Source: an uncultured delta proteobacterium
GTDB taxonomy: Bacteria > Myxococcota > Kuafuiibacteriia > Kuafuiibacteriales > Kuafuiibacteriaceae
Assembly (NCBI GenBank): GCA_963803435.1
Contig: CAWDML010000011.1
Span: forward strand, 12,674-76,673
Length of the DNA stretch: 64,000 nucleotides
Direction of reading: 5' to 3'
In this document: positions 1 to 10,362 of the stretch, piece after piece
Position numbering within the stretch: position 1 is the stretch's first letter
How the letters are laid out: each line of letters starts with the position of its first letter
Notes under the pieces: generated by a model
Databases searched by the model: none
The model's input: only the letters and a program-made list of their open reading frames with translations
Told to the model about the DNA's origin: nothing
Program-made: the position numbers and the translations under genes

Positions 1-2
1 GC

Positions 3-80
3 CTGAATCGGGGCGATCTGCTCGCCGTGGGGGCCTTCGGCGCAGGGTTCACCTGGGGCTCGGCCCTCATCCGCTACTGA
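3..80 (+). CDS. fabH: 3-oxoacyl-ACP synthase III, C-terminal fragment (5' partial)
   Basis: Frame 3 reads LNRGDLLAVGAFGAGFTWGSALIRY*, the typical FabH C-terminal GAGFTWG motif. Confidence 0.85.
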   Translation: MNRGDLLAVGAFGAGFTWGSALIRY

Positions 81-115
81 CATCCCCGGAATCACTCGAA
101 AATTAGGCGCATTTC

Positions 116-183
116 AACTTGACGTACAGGTCAAGTTTCTACAACCTCGCCCAGAAGACCGAACTTGACACGTACGGTAGGTT
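116..183. promoter_or_regulatory. Two tandem 22-bp dyad operator-like sites upstream of the MerR-isc operon
   Basis: AACTTGAC-GTACAG-GTCAAGTT (116-137, perfect arms) and AACTTGAC-ACGTAC-GGTAGGTT (162-183, degenerate right arm, contains TTGACA at 165-170). Confidence 0.6.
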
Positions 184-193
184 GAACGCAGCG

Positions 194-709
194 ATGGCAA
201 AAGTGCTCCAGATCAAGCCCGTCTCCGAGCCTGAAATGACCTTGCGGATCGGGGACCTGGCCAAGCGCTCCGGGAAGAGCACCCGGGCGCTGCGGCTCTA
301 TGAGGACCTGAACCTCCTCGGACCCATCGTCCGGACCGAGGGCGGCCATCGGCTCTACTCCACGGCGGCGCTCCTGCGGCTGCACTGGATCGACAAGCTC
401 CAGCTCCTCGGCTTCTCGCTCGCCGACATCCGCACCTTCCTCGAGCATCTCCAGGACGACCGGCTCGGTCCGGTGGCGATGGAGCGCGTTCGCCAGACGT
501 TCACCTCGAAGCTCGAGCAGGTGCGCGGGCAGATCGCGAGCCTCGAGATGCTCGCCGCCGAGCTCCAGGACAGCCTCGAGTACCTGCGCACGTGCAAGAC
601 GTGCGAGACGAGCAACTCGCTCGACGAGTGTCCGAGCTGCGACCACGACCATTCGATCGCGCCCCCGGTGCTGATCACCGGAATCTACAAGGGCGGCGAG
701 GGCAGGTGA
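194..709 (+). CDS. MerR-family transcriptional regulator with C-terminal CxxC-x8-CxxC
   Basis: [39 protein letters not shown] winged HTH, coiled coil, tail CKTC...CPSCDHDH; stop overlaps iscS ATG; alternative start at 236. Confidence 0.9.
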   Translation: MAKVLQIKPVSEPEMTLRIGDLAKRSGKSTRALRLYEDLNLLGPIVRTEGGHRLYSTAALLRLHWIDKLQLLGFSLADIRTFLEHLQDDRLGPVAMERVRQTFTSKLEQVRGQIASLEMLAAELQDSLEYLRTCKTCETSNSLDECPSCDHDHSIAPPVLITGIYKGGEGR

Positions 710-2059
710 TGAACTTGAAGACCCCCATCTACATGGACTTCAACGCGACGACGCCGGTGGATCCGCGCGTCCTCGAGGCCATGCTGCCTTATCTTCGCGA
801 GAAGTTCGGCAACGCCGCCTCGCGATCGCATCAGTTCGGATGGATCGCCGAGGAGGCCGTCGACTATGCGCGCGAGCAGATCGCGACCCTGATCAACGCG
901 ACGCCTGCGGAGATCATCTTCACCTCCGGGGCCACCGAGTCCGACAACCTCGCGCTCAAGGGCGTGGCGCGCATGTACGGGATGACGAGGGCGGAGAAGC
1001 TCTTCTTCGACGCCGTGGCCAAGACGAAGGACGCGTCGGTGATCCCGCCCCGGTATGGGTCCGTCGATCTCGACGCGATCGCCGCGAAGGGCGCGGACGT
1101 CTACTTCGCCGATCGGGGCGACCACATCATCACCGTCGAGACCGAGCACAAGGCGATCCTCGACAGCGCCAAGCGGCTGGAGAAGGACGGTTTCCGCGTC
1201 ACGTACCTCAAGGTGCAGAAGAACGGGATGATCCGCCTGGAGGACCTCGAGGCCGCCATGACGCCCAGGACCATCCTGGTGTCGATCATGTTCGCCAACA
1301 ACGAGATCGGCGTGCTCCAGCCGGTGAAGGAGATCGGCGCCCTCTGCCGCAAGAAGAAGGTGCTGTTCCACACCGACGCCGTGCAGGCCGTCGGCAAGGT
1401 CCCGATCGACGTCAACGAGATGAACATCGATCTGATGTCGATCTCGGGGCACAAGATGTACGGGCCGAAGGGCGTCGGTGCGATCTATGTCCGGCGACGG
1501 GCGCCGCGCGTGCGTCTCGAGGCGATCATCGACGGCGGCGGCCACGAGCGCGGGATGCGCAGCGGGACGCTCAACGTCCCCGGGATCGTGGGCTTCGGGA
1601 AGGCCGCCGAGCTCTGCCGGATGGAGATGGCCGAGGAGAAGGCGCGCGCTCGAGCGCTACCGTCACCGCTTCTGGAAGAAGCTGGCGGCGGAGCTCGACG
1701 AGATCTACATGAACGGGGACCCCGAGCAGCGGCTCCCGGGCAACGCCAACGTCTCGTTCGCCTACGTGGAAGGCGAGGCGATGATGATGGCGATCAAGGA
1801 GGTCGCGGTGTCGTCGGGGTCGGCGTGCACCTCGGCGTCGCTGGAGCCGTCGTACGTGCTGCGTGCGCTCGGCGTCGGCGACGACCTGGCCCACAGCTCC
1901 ATTCGCTTCGGGATGGGCCGATTTACCACCGAAGCCGAGGTCGACTATGTGGCGAAGCTGGTGATCGACAAGGTGAAGAAGCTTCGCGACATGTCGCCGC
2001 TGTACGAGATGGCCAAGGAAGGCATCGACATCAACAGCATCGAGTGGGCGGCGCACTGA
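709..2059 (+). CDS. iscS: Cysteine desulfurase IscS (one frameshift near 1648, probably sequence error)
   Basis: [28 protein letters not shown] lysine, [17 protein letters not shown] catalytic Cys loop and [12 protein letters not shown] end in the second frame. Confidence 0.95.
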
Positions 2060-2071
2060 GGAGAGACTGAG

Positions 2072-2473
2072 ATGGCTTACAACGAGAAGATCATCGATCA
2101 CTACGAGAACCCCCGGAACGTCGGTACCCTCGACAAAGAGGATCCGGACGTCGGCACCGGGCTGGTGGGCGCACCTGCGTGCGGCGACGTGATGCGGCTG
2201 CAGATCAGGGTCAGCGCCGAGGGCATCATCGAGGACGCCAAGTTCAAGACGTTCGGGTGCGGCTCGGCCATCGCGTCGTCGTCGCTCGTCACCGAGTGGG
2301 TGAAGGGCAAGAGCGTCGACTTCGCCGAGAGCATCAAGAACCAGACGATCGTCGAAGAGCTCTCGCTTCCTCCGGTGAAGGTGCACTGCTCGGTCCTGGC
2401 CGAGGATGCGATCAAGGCCGCGGTCGCCGACTGGAGGAAGAAGCGAGAGGCCAAGACGGCCCAGGGTGAGTGA
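2072..2473 (+). CDS. iscU: Fe-S cluster scaffold IscU
   Basis: GAPACGDVM, FKTFGCGSAIASSS, LPPVKVHCS motifs. Confidence 0.97.
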   Translation: MAYNEKIIDHYENPRNVGTLDKEDPDVGTGLVGAPACGDVMRLQIRVSAEGIIEDAKFKTFGCGSAIASSSLVTEWVKGKSVDFAESIKNQTIVEELSLPPVKVHCSVLAEDAIKAAVADWRKKREAKTAQGE

Positions 2474-2475
2474 CC

Positions 2476-2853
2476 ATGGCTGATGCGCTCAATGTTCTGC
2501 AGGAGAAGCCGAAGGCGACCGGCACGCTCAGCGTGACCGAAGCGGCCGCCAAGGCGATCGGACGGTATCTCACGGAGCACGAGGCGCCCGCAGGCGCCGG
2601 GCTTCGCATCGGGGTTCGCGGCGGCGGCTGCAGCGGTCTCTCCTACTTCCTCGACGTGGAAGTCGCACCGCGCGAGTCGGACCACACGATCGATGCCTAC
2701 GGCGTGAAGGTGTTCGTCGACCCGAAGAGCCTGCTGTTCCTCCAGGGGACTACCGTCGACTACGTCACCGGTCTCATGGAGTCGGGCTTCAAGTTCATCA
2801 ACCCGCGCGCCGGCAAGGCGTGCGGCTGCGGCGAGAGCTTCTCGCCCGCCTGA
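2476..2853 (+). CDS. iscA: Fe-S cluster assembly accessory protein IscA
   Basis: GGGCSGLSY and ACGCGESFS motifs; operon position. Confidence 0.93.
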   Translation: MADALNVLQEKPKATGTLSVTEAAAKAIGRYLTEHEAPAGAGLRIGVRGGGCSGLSYFLDVEVAPRESDHTIDAYGVKVFVDPKSLLFLQGTTVDYVTGLMESGFKFINPRAGKACGCGESFSPA

Positions 2854-2860
2854 GCGCCCT

Positions 2861-3449
2861 ATGGCCGATTGCTGGTCATGCGGCGCCGAGCGGGGCGACG
2901 CTTCGTTCTGTACGACCTGCGGGAAGATCCAGCCGGTCCCGCGACAGACCAGCTTCTTCGACGCGCTCGGGCTCCCCGAACGCATGGGTCTCGACCGGGA
3001 GGAGATCGAGCGCCGCTTCCGCGACGTCTCTCAGCGCGTGCACCCCGATCGATTCGGGCGGGCCTCGGCGATCGAGCGCCGGCTCGCGCTCGAGCACACC
3101 ACCTGGATCAACGACGCGTATCGAGTGCTCAGGGAGCCGCGGACCCGGGCGGAGTACCTGCTCTCGCGCGAGGGCGTGAACGTCGGGCACGAAGAGGAGC
3201 GGACGGACGATCCGGACGCTCCTCATGACGATGATGGAGCTGCAGGAGCAGGCGACGCTCGCCGGCGAGCCAGAGCTCGAGCGACTGCTGAAGGACATGC
3301 AGACGCGGGAGAGCGCGCTGCTCGCCCGGGCGGAGGCCTACTTCGACCGGCGCGAAGGCGAGCGCGAGAACGCAAAGCGAGCGCTCGACGAGCTGAGGTT
3401 CGTGCGGAGGCTCGAGGAGAGGATCGAGCGTCGACTCGAGGAGATATAA
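2861..3449 (+). CDS. hscB: Co-chaperone HscB (frameshift near 3214)
   Basis: N-terminal CWSC/CTTC, J-domain HPDRF, INDAYRVL...RAEYLL; C-terminal helix continues in ORF 3225-3449. Confidence 0.9.
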
Positions 3450-3458
3450 GGGGCGCCA

Positions 3459-5316
3459 GTGGGACTTTTGCAGATCGGAGGCGGTACCAAGGCGCGCTGC
3501 GGCGGGCTCGTGGTCGGGATCGATCTCGGCACCACCTATTCGCTGGTGGCGACGGTGCGCGACGGCAGCCCCGTGGTGCTCCTCGACGAGGCGGGGCGCG
3601 CGACGCTTCCCTCGGTGGTGGGGTACGGGCCGGACGGCGCCGTCGAGGTCGGCTACGGCGCGCGCGAGCATGCGGGCGCGCGTTCCGGGAGCACTATCGG
3701 CTCGGTCAAGCGCTTCATGGGCCGCGCGCAGGCGGAGGCGCACGAGGCGTCCGAGCTGACGCCATACCACTTCGCGAGCGAGGCCGAGGGACCGGTCGTC
3801 TACTTCCAGGTGGCGAAGGACCGGCGCGTCACTCCGATCGAGGTCTCCGCCGAGATCCTCAGGGCGCTGAAGGTCCGCGCCGAGGCGGCCCTGGACGGTC
3901 CGCTGGACGGCGCCGTCATCACGGTGCCGGCGTACTTCGACGACGCCCAGCGGCAGGCCACCAAGGACGCGGCCCGCCTGGCGGGGCTCAACGTCCTCCG
4001 GCTCCTCAACGAGCCCACCGCGGCGGCGCTCGCGTACGGGCTCGACAAGAAGAAGGAGGGGCTGTTCGCGATCTTCGACCTGGGCGGCGGCACCTTCGAC
4101 ATCTCGATTCTTGAAGCTCGACCAGGGCGTGTTCCAGGTCCTCACCACCGGCGGCGACTCGCGGCTGGGCGGAGACGACTTCGACCGGGACATCGCCGAG
4201 CACTTCCTCCGGGCGCAGGGCGTCGATCCGGCGACCTGCTCACCCGATCGCGCTGCGCTGGCGCTGGCGGCGGCGCGCACGGCCAAGGAGGCGCTCACCG
4301 AGCGCGGGGAGACCACCCTCGAGATCGAGGGCAGGGCGCACCGGCTCTCCCGCGAAGAGATGGACCGGCTGATCACGGGGACGCTGGCTCGGACCAAGGG
4401 CCCGATCCGCCGCGTGCTCAAGGACATCGGCCTCGAGGGACGGGAGCTAGACGGTGTCGTGCTGGTCGGAGGATCGACGCGCGTGCCGCTGGTGCGGAGC
4501 TTCGTGGCCGAGCTCTTCGGGCAGGCGCCGCTGGCAGATCTCGATCCGGATCAAGTGGTGGCGCTGGGCGCGGCGGTGCAAGCGGATCTGCTCGGCGGGA
4601 GCGGCCCGCGCGACGACGTGCTGCTCCTCGACGTCCTCCCGCTCTCGCTCGGCGTCGAGATGATGGGTGGAGTGGCGGAGAAGATCCTGTTCCGCAACCA
4701 GACCATCCCGGCGACCGCGCAGCAGGAGTTCACCACCTACGCCGACGGTCAGACGGGCATGGACTTTCACGTCGTGCAGGGCGAGCGCGAGCTGATCCAG
4801 GACTGCCGCTCGCTGGCGCGGTTCAAGCTGTCCGGCATCCCGCCGATGGCCGCCGGGATGGGTCGCGTGCTGGTGACGTTCAGCGTCGACGCCGACGGCA
4901 TCCTCCACGTCGCGGCGGAGGAGAAGACGACGGGCAAGCGGGCCTCGGTGCAGGTGAAGCCGTCCTACGGCCTCGATGACGAGACCGTGGAGCGGATGAT
5001 CCTCGACTCGTTCCAGCACGCCGAACGTGACGTGGATGAGCGCATGGTGATCGAGGCGCGCGTGGAGGCCGAGCGGATGCTGGCCGCGCTGCGCCGCGCG
5101 ATCGAGCAGGACCGAGCGTTGCTCACGGACGAGGAGCTGGCCGCGCTCGATCGCGGGATCGCGGCGCTCGAAGAGGCGATGAAGGACACGAATCACCGCG
5201 TGATCGAGGATCGAACGCAGGCGCTGGACGAGCTCTCGGCGGAGTTCGCGGTGAAGCGCATGAACCGCTCCATCAGCGAGGCCCTCGAGGGGAAGCGGGC
5301 GGAGGAGCTGGCCTGA
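3459..5316 (+). CDS. hscA: Fe-S chaperone HscA, Hsp70 family (frameshift at 4106-4110)
   Basis: [44 protein letters not shown]; follows hscB. Confidence 0.93.
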
Positions 5317-5333
5317 GGAGCGCCGTCGAGAGC

Positions 5334-6128
5334 GTGCTTCGGGAGCCTCTCCTTCATTTTCTCCTGCTGGGCGCGATCCTCTTCGGGCTGGACGCGCTCC
5401 TCTCCAAGCATCCGCCCTCCGGGGCGAAGGAGATCGTGGTGAGGGGCGCGGTTCGCGCGGAGCTCGCGGCTCAGCTCGAGCGCGATCGCGGCGCGCCTCC
5501 GGCCCCGGCCGAGCTCGAACGCGCGGTCCACGGTTGGGTGGACGACGAGATCCTGTACCGCGAGGGTGTCGCGCGTGGCTTCGACCGCAACGATCCCGCG
5601 CTGCGGAGCCGGATCGCCCGCAAGATGTTGGGGGTTCTCTCGTCGCAGGCGATCATCCCCGAGCCGACCGAAGCGGAGCTGGCGGCGTGGTTCCGAGACA
5701 ACACAGAGCGGTACGCCGACGTGGCGCGCCTCGACTTCACGCACGTCTTCCTGGCCGGTGAAGACGCGGCCGCGCTCCGGCGCGCCGACGCGATCCTCGC
5801 GCAGCTGCGCGGCGGAGCCTCTCCGAACGGCCTCGGCGATCGGTTCTCCGGCGGCCGGCGCTATCGTGGCCGAGCGCTCGCGGATCTCGGTCTCACGTTC
5901 GGTGAGGAGTTCGTCAGAGGCCTCGACGAGCAGCCCATCGGAGAGTGGACCCTCCGGCGATCACGCTTCGGCCTCCACCTCGTACGCGTCGATCGTCGCA
6001 CCGCCGCCCGGAGCGCCGACTTCGAGCGGGCGCGCGCCGACGTCGTCCACGACTGGCGGGAAGCGGCCAAGGACCGCGCCGTGGCCTCGGAGATGGAGCG
6101 CCTGCGCGCGGCGTGGACGGTGCGGTGA
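5334..6128 (+). CDS. PpiC-type peptidyl-prolyl isomerase-like protein
   Basis: LREPLLHFLLLGA N-terminus, DDEILYREG, RSRFGLHLVRV; usual partner of HupE/UreJ genes. Confidence 0.8.
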   Translation: MLREPLLHFLLLGAILFGLDALLSKHPPSGAKEIVVRGAVRAELAAQLERDRGAPPAPAELERAVHGWVDDEILYREGVARGFDRNDPALRSRIARKMLGVLSSQAIIPEPTEAELAAWFRDNTERYADVARLDFTHVFLAGEDAAALRRADAILAQLRGGASPNGLGDRFSGGRRYRGRALADLGLTFGEEFVRGLDEQPIGEWTLRRSRFGLHLVRVDRRTAARSADFERARADVVHDWREAAKDRAVASEMERLRAAWTVR

Positions 6129-6676
6129 GGCTCGCGCTCCTCTGGCTCCTGCTCGCTCCGGAGGTCGCGCTGGCCCACGACTTCACGCCGGGCGTGCTCT
6201 CGATGGAGGAGGGCGAGCCCGGGCTGTACCGCTTCGTCTGGACCCCGCCCGTCGACAGCGGCTCGAACCTTCCGGTGGAGGTGGCCTTCCCGGACGGCTG
6301 CAAGGCGAGCGAGACGGAGGTCGACTGCCGGGCGGGAGGGCTCGCGGGCGCCATCGAGTTTCGAGGGCTGGCCGATCAGCGGGTGCAGGTCGTGGTGATC
6401 ATCCGCCGGCGCGACGGGACCAGCAGGGAATCGATGGTGTGGGGAGACGCGCCGCGGCTCGTCGCCGGTGATCCGAGCTCACCGCTCGGGTGGGTCGTAG
6501 CCGGGATGGAGCATGTTCTCACTGGATACGATCACATCGCGTTTCTGATCGGCCTGCTCCTCGTCACCGGCTTCCGGAAGCGGATCATTCTCACGATCAC
6601 CGCGTTCACTCTGGCGCACTCGCTCACGCTCGCGCTCGCCGCGCTTCACCTAGTGCGAGTCGCCACGGAGCGCTGA
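6125..6676 (+). pseudogene. HupE/UreJ-family membrane protein, C-terminally truncated
   Basis: GMEHVLTGYDHIAFL and ITAFTLAHSLTLALA motifs, then stops before the remaining TM helices expected for the family. Confidence 0.65.
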
Positions 6677-6724
6677 CTCGCCGCCCGTGTCGATTCGATC
6701 ACAGGTCGTGTAAACGCCGGCGCC

Positions 6725-7795
6725 TCAGCTCCGGTCCGCGAACGGCGGCCGCTCCAATCTCAACCGCGAGCTGATCTCGCTCAGCTTCTTCTCGATGCGG
6801 TTCAAGAACCTCTGTCGCAGATCGAGTGGTTGCCCGCTCCCGGTGACCTTCACCGGCGTCTCGCACATCTGCTCGCGCGTGTTCCAGTCGTACACCACCA
6901 GGTGTCCGGCGATGATCGAGCGGAGGTGGTGTTTCTTCTTCAGCACCCGCTCCTGTCTCACGCTGATCACCCCGAGATAGCGGTGTCCCTCCAGCGCTTC
7001 GAACGTTCCGTCCGGGATGTCGACCACCGCGAGATCCTCGAGGGGCTCGGACACGAGCCATTCGCGCATCGTGGGGCGGTGATCCGTCGGGTTCAGGATC
7101 TTCGCGATGAAGTTGTACTCCACCAGGAGCAAGCTGGTCGCTTTGGGTTCGGTGGCCGCCGCGATCGCGTCGTCGTCGCACGGTGTCTTGGTCCAGACGT
7201 GCTTCGCGTAGTGGGCCCGCGCGATCGGATAGAGGCGGTCCTGATAGCTGGAGCGCTTGACGGAGCGCTCGATGATGCGGCGCTCTTCGGCGGCCTTCGC
7301 CGGCGAGGGCGAGGCCGAGATCGCCTCCGAGCTCTCGCCCCCCGGCATCCGGCGGAAGAAGCCGTAGGCATAAGCGCCGGTCATGAGGGCCAGCGGGAGG
7401 CCGAGCGCCAGACCGGACGTCTTGATTCGAGTCGGTCTCGATCGCTTGGCGCCGAGCCAGAGCCAGGACGCGATCACCGACGCCATCACGGCGAGGGCGG
7501 CGAAGGGCAGCGAGTACCCGAGGAGCTCGTCGCCGGTGGTCAGCTCCACGAAGGCCCACACCGACACGGCCACCGCCAGGACCGCCCCCCAGGACTTGAA
7601 GTAGCCCGCGAAGAGGGAGAGTCCGCAGAAGCGGGTGGGACTCGCGATTTCCTCTTGCTCGTCGAGGATCTCGTACGTCCCCAGCGGGATCAGCGGCAGG
7701 CGGGACACGTGGAAGAAGAGGGTGGCGACCGGGCGCTGGTTCCGCTTGTAAACGCGCCCAAAGAGTCGCGTTCCGACCCCGATCACCGCCACCAC
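6725..7795 (-). CDS. Hypothetical membrane protein
   Basis: 356-aa ORF with 3 hydrophobic segments and normal composition; start uncertain. Confidence 0.65.
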   Translation of the reverse strand: MVAVIGVGTRLFGRVYKRNQRPVATLFFHVSRLPLIPLGTYEILDEQEEIASPTRFCGLSLFAGYFKSWGAVLAVAVSVWAFVELTTGDELLGYSLPFAALAVMASVIASWLWLGAKRSRPTRIKTSGLALGLPLALMTGAYAYGFFRRMPGGESSEAISASPSPAKAAEERRIIERSVKRSSYQDRLYPIARAHYAKHVWTKTPCDDDAIAAATEPKATSLLLVEYNFIAKILNPTDHRPTMREWLVSEPLEDLAVVDIPDGTFEALEGHRYLGVISVRQERVLKKKHHLRSIIAGHLVVYDWNTREQMCETPVKVTGSGQPLDLRQRFLNRIEKKLSEISSRLRLERPPFADRS

Positions 7796-7921
7796 CCCGT
7801 CCGCGTAGTACGAGCCGACACCTTTCGATCTACCTGGCTACCATCCTTGCGGGGGGCGTGTCCCACTCGGGCGCGGCAGGATCCGCAGGGGAGCCCGCCC
7901 TGTTAGACTCCGGGCTGCCCC

Positions 7922-9922
7922 ATGCGTGTTCCTGTGGGATCGGGGGCCCCGACAGGGGACGACCTTCCGATTGGTCGGGTGTTCGGCCCTTACAAAGTTC
8001 TCTCCGCCATTCAGCGCGGTGGAATGGGGGAGCTCTTCCTCGCCGAGCGCGTCGACCAGCGGGGACCTCAGAACAAGATCGTATTGAAGCGGCTGCTCGC
8101 CGACTACCTGGAGGACGAGCGGTATGTGCGGATGTTCCGCGCCGAGGCCAAGGTCATGTCGAGCCTCGACCATCCGAACATCGTGAAGGTCTTCGACGTC
8201 CCGGTGATCGACGGGAAGCAGTGCCTGGCGATGGAATACGTCCAGGGCCGCAACCTGGCGCAGATTCTCCGCCGTTGCTGCGAGTTGAATACGGCCATCC
8301 CTCCGCAGGTTGCCTTGCACGTCATGATCGAGGTGCTCCACGGGCTCGACTACGCCCATCAATTCGTGCTCGACGACGGGCGTCCGCTCGGACTGGTGCA
8401 TCGCGACGTGACTCCCGGAAACATCCTGGTGTCGTTCGATGGATCGGTGAAGATCACGGACTTCGGGATCTCCAAGTCGGAGATGTCGTCCGTGTCGACG
8501 ACGGTCGGGGTCGTCAAGGGCACCACGCGCTACCTGGCGCCCGAGCAGATCCGCGGACATACCGCGACCCCTCGCTCCGACGGGTTCTCGGCGGCGGTGG
8601 TGCTGGCGGAGGCGCTCAGCGGTCAGGCGCTGTTCGATCACGGTACGGTTCCGCCGACCCTCTTTGCGATCGTTACCGGCCAGCGCCCGCCGATCGCGGA
8701 GCTGCTCCCCTTCCCCGCCCCACGGCTGGCTGCTGCGCTGGAGAAGATGCTGGATCTCCACCCCGAGCGCCGCTACGCGACCGCGCGGGAGTTCGCCGAG
8801 GCGATCGAGGACGGTGCGCGCGAGCTGGGCCGCCTGATGGACAAGAGCGGGCTCGGCACCTTCCTCAAGGAGCTGTTTCGCGACTCCGAGCAGCCGAACG
8901 ACTTCGAGGAGGAGGTGGGTCCCTGGCAGCTCGACGCGATGGACCTGACCTATCTGTTCGAGGTGCAGGAGCTCAACGCGTTCAAGCCCGACGTGGCGAC
9001 TCCGTTCGCGGATCGAAGCGACGAGCTCCAGCGCGTGAGGGCGCTGCTCAAGGCCGCGGTGCCGGGCGCGAACCCGCTCGACGCCGAGCTGTTCAGCAGG
9101 CGCGCGAAGAAGGGCGACCCGGACCACCCGAGGGACGCGCTGGTCGAAGGCCTGTCGTCACCGACGGGCCTCCGGAACCTGCCGCGCGAGTCGACCAAGC
9201 TGGATCGTCCGAAGCCGACCGATCCGGCCGCGCTGATCCCGCCCCCGCCCCCCGATCCGCCGCTCGCCGAAACGGCCGACGTCTTCAGCGATCCGACGCA
9301 GATCGGCGGTGACGTCGTCGAGAACACGGAGACCGACGACATCGTGGAGGTCCTGCGGATCGATCCGGCCTCCCTGCCGCTGCCGAGGCTGACAGAGCCG
9401 CCCGCGCCCAAGGTCACCAAGGCTCCGGTCCAGCCAGGGCCGCAGCGCGCCTCCGGGAAGCTCCGGGGCGTGGCATTCTTCGCCCTCGGGCTGGTGCTGG
9501 GTGCGGCGGCGTGGTCGCAAGCCTGGCGGCTCGAGCCCTACCTGCCGCCAGCGGCACGGGCGCTGGTCGGGTCCCGGATGGTCTCCACGGCTCCGGATCG
9601 CCCGCTCGAGCGCGTTCGAGGCGAGCCGCCAATCCGCACCTATCCCAGCCTGCAGCATCATCTCGCGACCGCCCATGAAGGGGCGCGTCCGGGGGCGCGG
9701 GTGGTCCGCACGGTCGAGGCGAAGCCGGCGCTGCTCACGGTGCGGCGGCCGAAGGGCGCACGCATTCGTTTGAATGGAGTCTGGCTGGAGGAGCGGGCGC
9801 CGCTGATCGATCATCCGATCCCGCCGGGCGAGTATCGGATCGAGGTGGTGAAGAAGAAGCTGAGGAAGAAGGTCCACCTCGAGGCGCAGGCGGGCGAGTC
9901 GATCGATCTCAACCGTCGTTGA
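7922..9922 (+). CDS. Hanks-type Ser/Thr protein kinase with Pro-rich linker, TM helix and PEGA-like C-terminus
   Basis: GGMGELFLA, VLKR, HRDVTPGNIL, KITDFG, YLAPEQ. Confidence 0.92.
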   Translation: MRVPVGSGAPTGDDLPIGRVFGPYKVLSAIQRGGMGELFLAERVDQRGPQNKIVLKRLLADYLEDERYVRMFRAEAKVMSSLDHPNIVKVFDVPVIDGKQCLAMEYVQGRNLAQILRRCCELNTAIPPQVALHVMIEVLHGLDYAHQFVLDDGRPLGLVHRDVTPGNILVSFDGSVKITDFGISKSEMSSVSTTVGVVKGTTRYLAPEQIRGHTATPRSDGFSAAVVLAEALSGQALFDHGTVPPTLFAIVTGQRPPIAELLPFPAPRLAAALEKMLDLHPERRYATAREFAEAIEDGARELGRLMDKSGLGTFLKELFRDSEQPNDFEEEVGPWQLDAMDLTYLFEVQELNAFKPDVATPFADRSDELQRVRALLKAAVPGANPLDAELFSRRAKKGDPDHPRDALVEGLSSPTGLRNLPRESTKLDRPKPTDPAALIPPPPPDPPLAETADVFSDPTQIGGDVVENTETDDIVEVLRIDPASLPLPRLTEPPAPKVTKAPVQPGPQRASGKLRGVAFFALGLVLGAAAWSQAWRLEPYLPPAARALVGSRMVSTAPDRPLERVRGEPPIRTYPSLQHHLATAHEGARPGARVVRTVEAKPALLTVRRPKGARIRLNGVWLEERAPLIDHPIPPGEYRIEVVKKKLRKKVHLEAQAGESIDLNRR

Positions 9923-10331
9923 CCGTGTCGTCCTCGTCCTCGTCGCCGGCGACGGGCAGCTTCGGGATCACCATCGACTGCGTGTTGACGATCTTCCGGC
10001 CGAGATAGTCGTACGTCTCCTCGCGGATCGTGATCGTGCGAGGGGAGATGCCGACGACTCGACCCCAGTTCTTGCCGATCAGATCGCCGCGACGGACGAC
10101 GTGTCCCTTGCCCTTCGGATCCTCGACCATCGCGTAGGGCGACGCCGTGCCGGTGACGACGGCGACGAGATGGAGCTGGGAGAGATCCCACCGCTGGAGC
10201 GGCTTGGGCTTCCCGAGGTCCTTGGTTGGACGGGGGAGGAGCGGGCGGAACGGGTCGGTCTTGCCGACGGGCGAGTAGCTGTATTGGGTGACGAGGAGGA
10301 AGAGGAGCGCGCGGATCATGCGCCCGATCAT
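9909..10331 (-). CDS. pilP: PilP-like type IV pilus assembly protein (orphan)
   Basis: DPFRP, PLQRWDLSQLHLVAVV, AMVEDPKGKGHVVRRGDLIGKNWGRV match PilP; alternative start 10320 region. Confidence 0.8.
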   Translation of the reverse strand: MIGRMIRALLFLLVTQYSYSPVGKTDPFRPLLPRPTKDLGKPKPLQRWDLSQLHLVAVVTGTASPYAMVEDPKGKGHVVRRGDLIGKNWGRVVGISPRTITIREETYDYLGRKIVNTQSMVIPKLPVAGDEDEDDTVNDG

Positions 10332-10362
10332 GGGGACGGGATGGGCGCTCGGTCAATCAAAG

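Noticed and set aside
2861-2935. Tetracysteine N-terminus of HscB as a novelty
   Set aside because: CxxC...CxxC extensions are already known in HscB/HSC20 homologues
709-5316. isc operon as pseudogenes or programmed frameshifts
   Set aside because: Single-base indels in otherwise undegraded genes, no slippery heptamers, and the same error pattern across the window
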